From NCBI RefSeq assembly GCF_008000775.2, contig NZ_CP042905.2:360001-392000 (forward strand): DNA of 32,000 bases. Direction: 5' to 3'. How positions within the stretch are numbered: position 1 is the first letter of the stretch; the number at the start of each line of letters is the position of its first letter. Source of the stretch: Promethearchaeum syntrophicum (GTDB lineage: Archaea > Asgardarchaeota > Lokiarchaeia > Sigyniarchaeales > Promethearchaeaceae). The position numbers and the translations under genes were made by a program. The notes beneath the pieces are model-generated. The model had not been told where the DNA came from. It worked only from the letters and a program-made list of their open reading frames with translations, and did not search any database. Below are positions 26,701 to 32,000 of the stretch, piece after piece.

Positions 26701-29533
26701 AAATAAGTATATGCAAAAAAATGAAGTTTGGAAAGATAAAAATTATGTTTTTATTGGAAATTCTGAATTAGGAATAGTTTTTAAAGCCTTATCTGTAATT
26801 TTTCTCAATTTATCTTTATTTTATCATCTTTGGTATGTATTTGATATATATTCAAGCTTAATCATTGCAGAATTTGGACCAATTCTTCTTAATTTGACAT
26901 TAAATCTATTTATTCTTTATAGTTTTATTAGAAAAAACCAATTTTCAAGAAAATGGCAATTTTTAACTTCAATTGCTCTATCGGTTGCTGTTTCTGGAGT
27001 GATTGAAGAATATTTAAGAGTTTTTTCAAATATTAGCCCATTAATGAGTGTTGCAATAATTTTATCCATTATATGTATTTTAAACACAAATAAAATTAAT
27101 ATCACATCTTTAGTCTATAGCTATTGGACAACTATTTCTTTCTGTTTGGCTATTTTCTTATATTCCTTAACAGATTGGATGTGGGGAGGGTTTGGATTAT
27201 CATTCTCATCAGTATTATGGTTTAGTTTCTTATTTGGATTATTTAATACTCTTATATATTATCTTCTAGCACATAGAACTTTAATCAAATTGGAATTCTT
27301 TCAAAAATATTCTCCATATCTTAGAATAATTGAAGGTTTCGATTATGAAATCAAATCAATTGATAATGATGTAGATAAAAAAGATAGTCTCATTTCAAAG
27401 GATAAGCCAAGAACTAAATCAAAATCTGCGTTTTTACTTCTATTTGGACATGAAGATCAAATACAAGCAAAGCAAATTTTCTCAATTTGGTTATTTATTG
27501 AGCTAATAATTTTAAGTTTCTCCCTTGCACAAGGATGGGCTTTCGTTTATAATAATAATATCCTATATAATGTCATATCTGATGATAATTTCATTCAATA
27601 TTTAATTCAAGCTACATTAGTTATTCTCTTATTATCAATTGGATTGGCTATAATTTTCCAATATATTAGATCAAATAATTTATGGGTTGAAAATAAGGAA
27701 TTTAACAAGAACCTAATTTTTGCCTCGAATTTTAATGGAATTTGCTTATATTTTTCTCTCCCCCTTGCTAGTACGTTCTATATACATTATACATTGATGA
27801 ATTTATTTGGAAATACTCTTGTAATTGCATTGATCGATATTTTTGCCTTTACAATATTAGCTTTTATTTGTATTTATTTGATTGATATTAAGAAAACTAA
27901 AATAATCAAGGAGAAACTTGCAAATTCATTAACAATTGGAATAATAATTTTGCTTTCTGCAGACATAAGTTTTATATGGAGTTATTTCACCGAATTAATT
28001 CCAATAGGAATAATAATTTTTGTTTGTATTCCTTATGTATTTAAATTTTTAAACTTAGTCAAAGAAGATATTCTTGGAAAACTTCTTTTTATTTCCAATT
28101 TACTCATTTCAATAGCAATTATGGTTCAAATTGATATATTTTTATTTGGTGTATTTGATTGGATGATTGCGCTTGGATTATTATTCCTAGTTCTCCAAAT
28201 TTTTATTGAATTAGAAATTCGATTAAAATTTTTATCTCCTATTGAAAAATTAATTAAATTTCTAAGAAAAATTTCATGGTTCCTCTTATCTATATGTGTG
28301 AGTTCCTTAACTATATTTTATAATATAGAAGATTTTACAATAATTCGTTTAATTATTGGGATTTTAATTCTTACTTTAATGATGTTTTACGAGAATTATC
28401 TATTATTTAGTGAAGAGAAAATGCAATTAAAATATTCCAAAATAAAAGATATTCTAGGAATGTTTTGTTATATTGAGATCTTCTCACTTCTTTCTACAAT
28501 CATAATTCCACTCAATCTTGCTGTTGAAATAACTGAAACGAAACCAATTTTATTTATGAGGTTACTACTAGTAACAGAACTTTTCGTAATTATATTTATT
28601 CTTTGTCTAATTGATAAGATAAAACTACATTTCATTCCTGATAAGGTTATAAAACCCTTGGATTTAACCTTATTCTTAACTACGATAATTTTAGGAGCAG
28701 TTGACCTCACTTATTTTGCTGTCCTAAATATTGATTTATCTCCTTCAACTACTCCTGGTCCTGGAATTCCTATAGAACAAAAAATGATTCCACTTATATT
28801 CGTTTCTATAATTATTGGAATAGTTCTAATTATTAAATTTAAAAATCGCAAGATTAATCAAATTATTTATTTTGTTCTACTAATTGAGATATTTATATAC
28901 ATTTTGGGTCTCAATCAACCATTAATTCTTATCCCAACAACAATCATTGCGCTTTTACTTTATCCTTTCATATTCTTCCTAGAACAAATGGTCATCCTAT
29001 TGAAATTAATAGGAAAATGGATACTGAATTTAATGATTAAAATTAAAAATTTCTTTAGTTTCTTGTGGAATAAAATTGTTTCTTTTTATTATAAACACAA
29101 AAGATTAGTATTTAGCGTACTGGGTTTAATCCTTGCTGCTGTAAGTTTTATTGTTATTTTAAATTTAGCGATTGAACAAATATCGTTCGCAATTAACGGA
29201 TTTATAAGTGGATTAATCTTTTTGATAGTATATTATCCAGTCTCGCCAGAAAGAGAAGAAGATACTAAACCAAGAAATTTCGCATTAAAGATATTATATA
29301 GAACTTTAATAATGATTTGTTTAGTTGGGTCATCGAGTGCACTGATTCCCTCTGAAGCATGGATTTATACATTGTTTCTCTTAGCATTCTTTGGATATGT
29401 TATTTGGGTAGTTCGACGCAGCGAAGAACTTTATAATCTTCCTATATATTGGCGATTTATGAGTTCATTAGGGGCTATCATTGATTTTATTGTAACTGCA
29501 ATATTATTGATACTCTATTTAGATATAATTTAA
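17711..29533 (+). CDS. giant polytopic integral membrane protein (3,940 aa), no recognisable domain
   Basis: Single uninterrupted 11,823-nt ORF in AT-rich DNA. No other-frame ORF across the span exceeds 80 aa. The sequence is nearly continuous 18-28-residue I/L/F-rich stretches separated by short K/R/N-rich loops. The longest hydrophilic loops are only ~60-70 aa. Confidence 0.9.
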   Translation: MNNSQEDSQKFLKVTNQLTDFAFILIFMIALPGIIGVIAGGIAMLFVEEAFLMGEFSLGTFLAGITFSLPIFYLLFLKTRKKKIWYEIIPISYNKELTIGILIIYVPTILTSLIFYLFSLMMNYSSFAFEFQFFILAIQPLESLFFCRFFKILFPISESVKKTGNIPEISAKLNKESLQKVIFKEFVIKIIFDIICLVLSNSILIIILTNVIGIILYFTTKDLIFKVGKLKTRLSEFKLILNLKFIGFLLIIQSLIQFWICIFEPNLNLGLYIIITALLTIKISFILLYQYSKHLFINFQIRVKWFIGFMINDIITIAINILGVIYIVVEGFNVEPFWVFSEWYLLGIFIVFLIENIIERHFHLSYKLLSTLFNMIQLIAIYAIIAFLLIDVELYLQILIFSVLSISIPIILHEIKAISKKTQIIIQNILYILIFYEIGIYFAVFTTENNLFITDSQIFNYLFFLSLSSLSSLYRLYFIKIRGFQTKFFSQLILIFLFISFFGIFQLIGGGLIGISVFLVEFFGDINSTFPIFFPTGLLSNSLENISSIYNQIGEIALDSTFIIKSTNGIASVLNIAVSGLLSLVGYNIIIHLHENFKVLSPYVLKFNQIFNRSLIGLLACIGILVMFQSISGIILCLMFITYFSVYIYDSIYEFREEIQKPLRKSKLQVKSILFIINAIVSLALFLFIGLEFLGLDFTLSFTIALIALYLYINLLPSINSILNRTYNEKKLLNLLNACILFLIGIFLNPSINFLLSSYISPDLELGILNWILISGLFISLFSFLSLKQLKSGNYVLGKIYEISNMLLQFFFWFMASGFIIFNTYKVLNYLLLIISINLLLLSVIFKINSILTFNNIYREVYLTWIYMMSITWELGFVTLISSFIIAFNYINLAFLIFLGLLILGILTYRNIKQYISIYPAKKEQIIKLLDFIHLFNLIVTIGIFQTFFSFFSSYPVFLPLSFMLTSILTSIVFHISKIVKKYLPDKIAIIIDVILLLTLSTSSIISVHSIFENYLNIQLIFDYSIIFSLGVVIIGLATLLLIAYYLEKRKIINTLTWNYINFVIIQLEILISFSFIMYSEFEWVINNLNSEWDQLSTPITYLILGGMILGLYLIYKSFLKLKYLNEHAKLTLLLLIQKNFTRIIGTIVISIFPIIFFNYELIGFSIAFFLITFVLVYSFKEFQNTFPANQKLNVYSDIILISNLLSILLLIYSISSHFIGLIITESLILSFITFWIFLYFLPILIKYIPARIKHVINAIFMPVFAVLVNISVYLEILKFEIDLLQDHTLISILIGLIPLFASILFALNQLQKGKYLKDKLHKKIHFLFNMGIYYDLYAIIVSVMLIYVIGSSNLNVYRILFHTSWPLLGLFFILKRIEMKNFYSEISHLKLILKTQILMFWGISTLGLLIIINYIFVFNPLVIAITIFIETFVLFYSILLFDEILPKLHKFLLIMKEILIYINLISISSVIYFTSNELLGLIPTFSFFIVLIIVSGLLFSIPVYKTGTIQKSLYEIISFLIFSSSILLAISINQMNFLPGTSPTYAYFGLLLIPILASFFSIFLFSKNTISKRIARKLYQKNEILLLINVAILIALLSNENGLNNFSLLISSLIVTALLVVDYYTIFLLTDKKTIILSFFSALLYNLVGITLAISLPLFETFDNPIFIFILVQLPFLFGIFYFVDWANRRIQSATNLKDLNKRPFSKLSNTKKNHINQSDEPLLIDNNEEPSNNPSKFAPTTIMNRFAQFISDKWIILEVCFIFITLGLNLYLGINILLISEEIFTPLQILLICSLIVSVITIYQPHSHKFLIYYIQTLVTLGLNYIIYDSTLFISEFQILFGIIAAILINRLATRHFPINNLIKYIQNFLLLGIYYFIIHIYGFTLSWELLISCILFSIFTSRSYKNLTFNSFKVWAFSYFTYDILINYLSQTEYPLIPIFAACAIGLTWQWIVFLKDSKWSNSIIKSLLGYIVTISWIFNYAYLFIIKNEIMGLISPPIMAFVVLLLLFLKKKIIIFQKEKFLDILILGGTFFFIYTLGRYYLFENYYFSVALALTLAGAICGFLFIFILEFLNAKIRKELSLAFFTCASLLAGVFTFLILMEPVIFTETAWEVALPIGFDIALLLFYIGIGIYKRSFTKIWSVGVYAWILAPIINFIMISRLIRGIDSVSSALEVFNVSIDGSIILSIIICTLMYLPIIITRLLENLNKIIYIFWLELLVFTTWGAVNLFPQSILLQIPFIFLIGLILFVPIFYYYKHWASLSLIWPLIAATNIAFVLNFVAFQPEWEIPIGILIGGFYILTLGYFPNIKKSKLASSLIIIFGYFTILTSIFWLLYTFVIIIFDDIIISVNITLIVISFVLLTGKYFKLRDYLIKIGHSLIVIINLAILLARTFYIIGNHEYKTFGIFLGIAFAFGTTLSFQARKYLPKILFELIWFGMAIFFGLSLFELGLTIFDIGGWASTGILVIVATLIYFPIIRSYLGSVFVLLVSGISMVIMELLILASPFVSMNQPLLFLDVLFTLELTYIYFSSKSKIGLLKDKTTNFEIASIIWVILSTLFSITFIFMINIYFPEEIFSKILIFLNTFALQNLLTTYSIRRNELFTRYRIIQKIIPIFHFLLIFTIYLSTSIFCAIKIPVNSIIEISEQNFAIETLYRFAILFLILFIEFYGIDRKIVKLVSNKIRYQLDWISFFAFSACLTFGLFLNIHIWEVSLLIWCILFFITIFLNQKAGNKIFPEILKIVNVLLINTAIFSYIWKINNITDSISNFEFDLLLLNIAFNIALIYLFMRLKIINRKAIKVIFSILSITIALFCEEISRIYLMKHLILNIAVFFFVFAILNTFNIKRAILIYFYWILLAFSISTFLMEFIPFLYHMTTINYIITLSFIFGLQLSLLFYLLANSSPNSNLENNDKKIGISIVHPILDSSEIAHKIFVTWMIIEAFIVSISIAQFWNYLFIDLMFSHKDFTGVEKFFLWISIIPIIFAFMFYHLNKYMQKNEVWKDKNYVFIGNSELGIVFKALSVIFLNLSLFYHLWYVFDIYSSLIIAEFGPILLNLTLNLFILYSFIRKNQFSRKWQFLTSIALSVAVSGVIEEYLRVFSNISPLMSVAIILSIICILNTNKINITSLVYSYWTTISFCLAIFLYSLTDWMWGGFGLSFSSVLWFSFLFGLFNTLIYYLLAHRTLIKLEFFQKYSPYLRIIEGFDYEIKSIDNDVDKKDSLISKDKPRTKSKSAFLLLFGHEDQIQAKQIFSIWLFIELIILSFSLAQGWAFVYNNNILYNVISDDNFIQYLIQATLVILLLSIGLAIIFQYIRSNNLWVENKEFNKNLIFASNFNGICLYFSLPLASTFYIHYTLMNLFGNTLVIALIDIFAFTILAFICIYLIDIKKTKIIKEKLANSLTIGIIILLSADISFIWSYFTELIPIGIIIFVCIPYVFKFLNLVKEDILGKLLFISNLLISIAIMVQIDIFLFGVFDWMIALGLLFLVLQIFIELEIRLKFLSPIEKLIKFLRKISWFLLSICVSSLTIFYNIEDFTIIRLIIGILILTLMMFYENYLLFSEEKMQLKYSKIKDILGMFCYIEIFSLLSTIIIPLNLAVEITETKPILFMRLLLVTELFVIIFILCLIDKIKLHFIPDKVIKPLDLTLFLTTIILGAVDLTYFAVLNIDLSPSTTPGPGIPIEQKMIPLIFVSIIIGIVLIIKFKNRKINQIIYFVLLIEIFIYILGLNQPLILIPTTIIALLLYPFIFFLEQMVILLKLIGKWILNLMIKIKNFFSFLWNKIVSFYYKHKRLVFSVLGLILAAVSFIVILNLAIEQISFAINGFISGLIFLIVYYPVSPEREEDTKPRNFALKILYRTLIMICLVGSSSALIPSEAWIYTLFLLAFFGYVIWVVRRSEELYNLPIYWRFMSSLGAIIDFIVTAILLILYLDII
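26240..28060 (+). repeat. protein-level tandem module duplication inside the giant ORF (module A 26240-27076, module B 27077-~28060)
   Basis: The two modules align by eye: ILNTFNIKRAILIYFYW/ILNTNKINITSLVYSYW; LLFYLLA/LIYYLLA; AHKIFVTWMIIEAFIVSISIAQFW/AKQIFSIWLFIELIILSFSLAQGW; KNEVWKDKNYVF/NNLWVENKEFNK; LLNLTLNLFILYSFIRKNQFSRKWQ/LIDIFAFTILAFICIYLIDIKKTKIIKEK. Module B carries a longer hydrophilic loop. The DNA is too diverged to see a repeat. Confidence 0.7.
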
Positions 29534-29557
29534 ATTAAGAAAAGTCGAATTCAAAAT

Positions 29558-31141
29558 ATGCAAATATTTCATGGTAAAATTATAACTTGCGATAAAAACG
29601 ATAATGTATTTAGCTATTTAGTTGAAAATGAGGGAAAAATTGATTATGTTGGAGATGAACTGCCCTCTCAATATTCAAATCATCCTCTTGTAGAATTAAA
29701 TGAAAAATCCTTAATCCCTTCTTTTGGGGATGGACATCTTCATTTTTCAAATTGGGCTTTATTTGCAGCTACCTACTTTGATGTCAGAGAAGCAACAAAT
29801 ATTCCCGAAATTGGAAAAATTATCACTGATTTTTTAGATAAAAATAAGAAATATAAAGTTATTATTGGTTTTGGGGTTTCTAAGCATAGTGTTGAAGAAA
29901 AAAGATTGATCACTAAACAGGAACTTGATCAATTTTGCCCAGATATCCCTATGGTTCTTGTTTGTTATGACGGCCATTCAATGGTAGCCAATAGTAAACT
30001 TTTAGATAAATACCCTGAAAGAATTCGGAAATTACGTGGTTTTAACGAAGATTCTGGTCAACTTTTTCACGAAGCTTTCCTTGAAGGACTTGATTATGCA
30101 ACAGCACTTGTTTCAACTTTGGTCCTTGTTAATAGTATTATCAAAGCTTATGATATAATCGCTGAATATGGAATAGGGATGGTTCATCCTGTTGAAAGTA
30201 TCGGGTTTCCAATGGATATGGATGTGACGTTGGTTAGTATAATTGCTAAGGCTAGAACAAAAAAAAATTCGTTTCAAACTAGACTTTTCTTCCAAACTAT
30301 GGAAGTAAATAAAGCCCTTAAAAGAAAATTACCACGAATTGGTGGATGTTTTGCAACTGCATTGGATGGATGTTTTGGAGCTTGCGATGCTGGTCTGAAT
30401 GAACCATATACGAACGATTTGAATAATAAAGGAATCTTATTTTATAAAGATGAAGATGTAATTAAATTTTGCAAAGAAGCGAATAGAGCGGGTTTACAAA
30501 TTGAAATGCATACTATTGGAGATGCAGCAACTCACCAGGGTATAATGGCTTTAGAAGAAGCTCTAAAAGATTACCCCAGAGAAGATCATCGACATACTAT
30601 TATCCATGCATGTTTAATTTCACAAGACAATCTAAAAAAATGTGCAAAATTAGGAATTGGAATTACTCTACAACCAGGATTTTTAATTAGTTCTTTAGAG
30701 CCCAAAGAATATTTAGAAAAAATCTTGGGCCCTCAACGAGTAAAAGAAAGTTCACCTTTACGGGATATAATTGATTTAGGAATACATCTTAGTAGTGGTT
30801 CCGATGCACCGGTTACTCATCCAGATCCAATCGTAGGAATGTACGGTGCATGTAATCATCCATTTGATCCGAATCAATCAGTGACTATTCAAGAAGCACT
30901 AAAAATGAATACTTATGAAATTGCATATACTACCTTTGATGAAAAAGAGCGCGGTAGTTTGGAACTGGGAAAAATTGCTGATTTGGTTATTCTTAATCGA
31001 AATCCTCTAGCTATGGATCCCAAAGATCTCCTTCAATTGAAAGTGGAACAATTATATCTTTCTGGAAAGAAATTTAAACCTGGAATGTCCATTTTAGGAA
31101 TGCTAGGCAAGGGTCTTTTTCAAAGCACTAAATTAATTTAA
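29558..31141 (+). CDS. metal-dependent amidohydrolase, YtcJ-like (Amidohydro_3) family
   Basis: HxH in SFGDGHLHF, then EMHTIGDAA, HRHTIIHAC, and SSGSDAPV (metal Asp). The ATG lies only 24 nt after the giant ORF stop. Confidence 0.85.
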   Translation: MQIFHGKIITCDKNDNVFSYLVENEGKIDYVGDELPSQYSNHPLVELNEKSLIPSFGDGHLHFSNWALFAATYFDVREATNIPEIGKIITDFLDKNKKYKVIIGFGVSKHSVEEKRLITKQELDQFCPDIPMVLVCYDGHSMVANSKLLDKYPERIRKLRGFNEDSGQLFHEAFLEGLDYATALVSTLVLVNSIIKAYDIIAEYGIGMVHPVESIGFPMDMDVTLVSIIAKARTKKNSFQTRLFFQTMEVNKALKRKLPRIGGCFATALDGCFGACDAGLNEPYTNDLNNKGILFYKDEDVIKFCKEANRAGLQIEMHTIGDAATHQGIMALEEALKDYPREDHRHTIIHACLISQDNLKKCAKLGIGITLQPGFLISSLEPKEYLEKILGPQRVKESSPLRDIIDLGIHLSSGSDAPVTHPDPIVGMYGACNHPFDPNQSVTIQEALKMNTYEIAYTTFDEKERGSLELGKIADLVILNRNPLAMDPKDLLQLKVEQLYLSGKKFKPGMSILGMLGKGLFQSTKLI

Positions 31142-31159
31142 TTTTTTTTCCAGATTTTT
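31142..31159. terminator. T8 + T5 tract between convergent genes
   Basis: ttttttttccagattttt immediately follows the amidohydrolase stop. Confidence 0.35.
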
Positions 31160-31191
31160 CCTTTATTGCCTATATATTTTTAATCTAAAAT

Positions 31192-31869
31192 TCAATTTTC
31201 AATTTCAAAAAGATCAAAAGCGTGAATTTCAAATGGAATTGGATTACCTAGGCGATTATATACTCCTAAAGAAGAGACATTATAGGGATTAGCCATAATA
31301 ATATTTACAGAAAATTTCCGAAAAGTATGTAAATCTGTAGAGCTTGGGTTATTATTCTTGTTCGGGTGAGAGTGACAAGATGCTACTAAAGTATTATCAT
31401 GTCTCATTCGATGTGGTAAAAAAATTGTTGATACTTCAGATGATTCTGAACCTGGAGCAATTATAAATTCCGCTAGAGAACCATTAATTACTCGCAATAA
31501 GCAGAAAGCTTCTTTTGGATGAAAATTTTTTGATAAATAGCTTATATCTTTAATAGTTTTATCTAAGAAATGAACTTTTAATCCAGCGATCATTTCAATA
31601 CTTTGTTTTAAAGCACCTATTACTAGGGATAATAATGGTGGATTAGACTTATCCCAATTTCGGAGAAGGGGAATAAATGCTTCGAAATCTCCCAAGATTC
31701 TTTGTATTTTTTTTGGGAGTGTCATTTTAGGTTTTTTTGGATATCGATTAAGGTTAATCGTTAACGATGCTTTGGGAAAGAGTGAAATCGTTAGGTTATT
31801 TGAGTCAATTATTGTAGTTTCCGGAAATTTTTCCAAGATTTTATCAATTTGATATTTTATTGTTAGCAT
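31192..31869 (-). CDS. JAB/MPN+ (JAMM) metalloprotease domain protein with N-terminal UBC/RWD-like domain
   Basis: C-terminal JAMM signature: E in PKEAFCLL, then HSHPNKNNNPSSTD, which matches H-S-H-x7-S-x2-D. The N-terminal ~110 aa read LTISLFPKASLTINLNRYPKKPKMTLP...IPLLRNWDKSNPPLLSLVIGALKQSI and resemble an E2/RWD fold without a catalytic Cys. ATG 31869 forms TGAAAATG with the upstream ORF stop; the track's TTG 31875 is less likely. Confidence 0.75.
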   Translation of the reverse strand: MLTIKYQIDKILEKFPETTIIDSNNLTISLFPKASLTINLNRYPKKPKMTLPKKIQRILGDFEAFIPLLRNWDKSNPPLLSLVIGALKQSIEMIAGLKVHFLDKTIKDISYLSKNFHPKEAFCLLRVINGSLAEFIIAPGSESSEVSTIFLPHRMRHDNTLVASCHSHPNKNNNPSSTDLHTFRKFSVNIIMANPYNVSSLGVYNRLGNPIPFEIHAFDLFEIEN

Positions 31870-31871
31870 TT

Positions 31872-32000
31872 TCAATCATCAACATTTCTGAGTTTTGTAT
31901 TAGTTAGGATTAGTTCTTGTAACCTTTTTTTAGTTCTACAAAAAGCGCAAGTTTCCATATAAGTCCCCATTCCACATATGATGCATTTTTTTTCAGCTTT
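31872..32000 (-). CDS. C-terminal fragment of a zinc-ribbon/RING-like protein (5' end outside window)
   Basis: The minus-strand frame is open from the window edge: KAEKKCIICGMGTYMETCAFCRTKKRLQELILTNTKLRNVDD*. That gives Cx2Cx8Cx2C. Its stop lies 2 nt before the JAB gene ATG. Only 42 codons are visible. Confidence 0.35.
   Translation of the reverse strand, partial: KAEKKCIICGMGTYMETCAFCRTKKRLQELILTNTKLRNVDD

Noticed and set aside
18244-28710. Seven 61-80-aa ORFs in other frames within the giant gene (18244, 22975, 23860, 24100, 24870, 26917, 28468)
   Set aside because: All are short and scattered, lie in frames overlapped by the continuous 3,940-codon ORF, and none has a recognisable motif.
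17711-29533. The idea that the giant ORF is a chance open frame, a compositional artefact, or several fused genes
   Set aside because: A stop-free run of 3,940 codons is not credible by chance in AT-rich DNA, where the other frames close within 80 codons. There is no internal stop or obvious gene junction. Assembly error still needs to be excluded with reads.
1-32000. CRISPR arrays, rRNA, tRNA or prophage content
   Set aside because: There are no regularly spaced direct repeats. There are no GC-rich structured-RNA islands, which would stand out in this AT-rich sequence. No phage or integrase-like ORFs are seen in any frame.

Overview
AT-rich archaeal chromosomal window. Archaeal origin is supported by eL21, Rpo4/RpoF, DUF655, Dim1/KsgA, a B12-type RNR and a two-gene SufCB. 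The lineage cannot be fixed from sequence alone; an AT-rich Asgard or DPANN-like archaeon is only a guess. I saw no rRNA, tRNA, CRISPR array, transposase or integrase. Nt 1-13000 hold housekeeping genes: a truncated SF1 helicase-nuclease; a minus-strand string nrdJ / Trbp111-like tRNA-binding protein / Nudix-like / coiled-coil / small ORF; sufC-sufB; a zinc-ribbon protein; the conserved archaeal cluster rpl21e-rpoF-DUF655-ksgA-hemK-like; and an M42/TET aminopeptidase. Nt 13000-31200 are a co-directional plus-strand block: GNAT acetyltransferase, membrane-anchored transglutaminase-like protein, NfeD/YqiJ-like protein with a long acidic tract, flotillin, an 11.8-kb ORF, and a YtcJ-like amidohydrolase 24 nt further on. 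The 11.8-kb ORF encodes a 3,940-aa, almost wholly hydrophobic protein with no domain I recognise, internal module duplication and a recurring Pro-containing boundary motif; it is the standout. Secondary observations are a diverged ~226-bp direct repeat bracketing the transglutaminase gene, made of a GNAT 3' remnant plus a better-conserved non-coding element with phased CATATG-like repeats, and an E2/RWD-like-JAB fusion translationally coupled to a zinc-ribbon ORF at the right edge. All domain calls come from motif recognition by eye; no searches were run.
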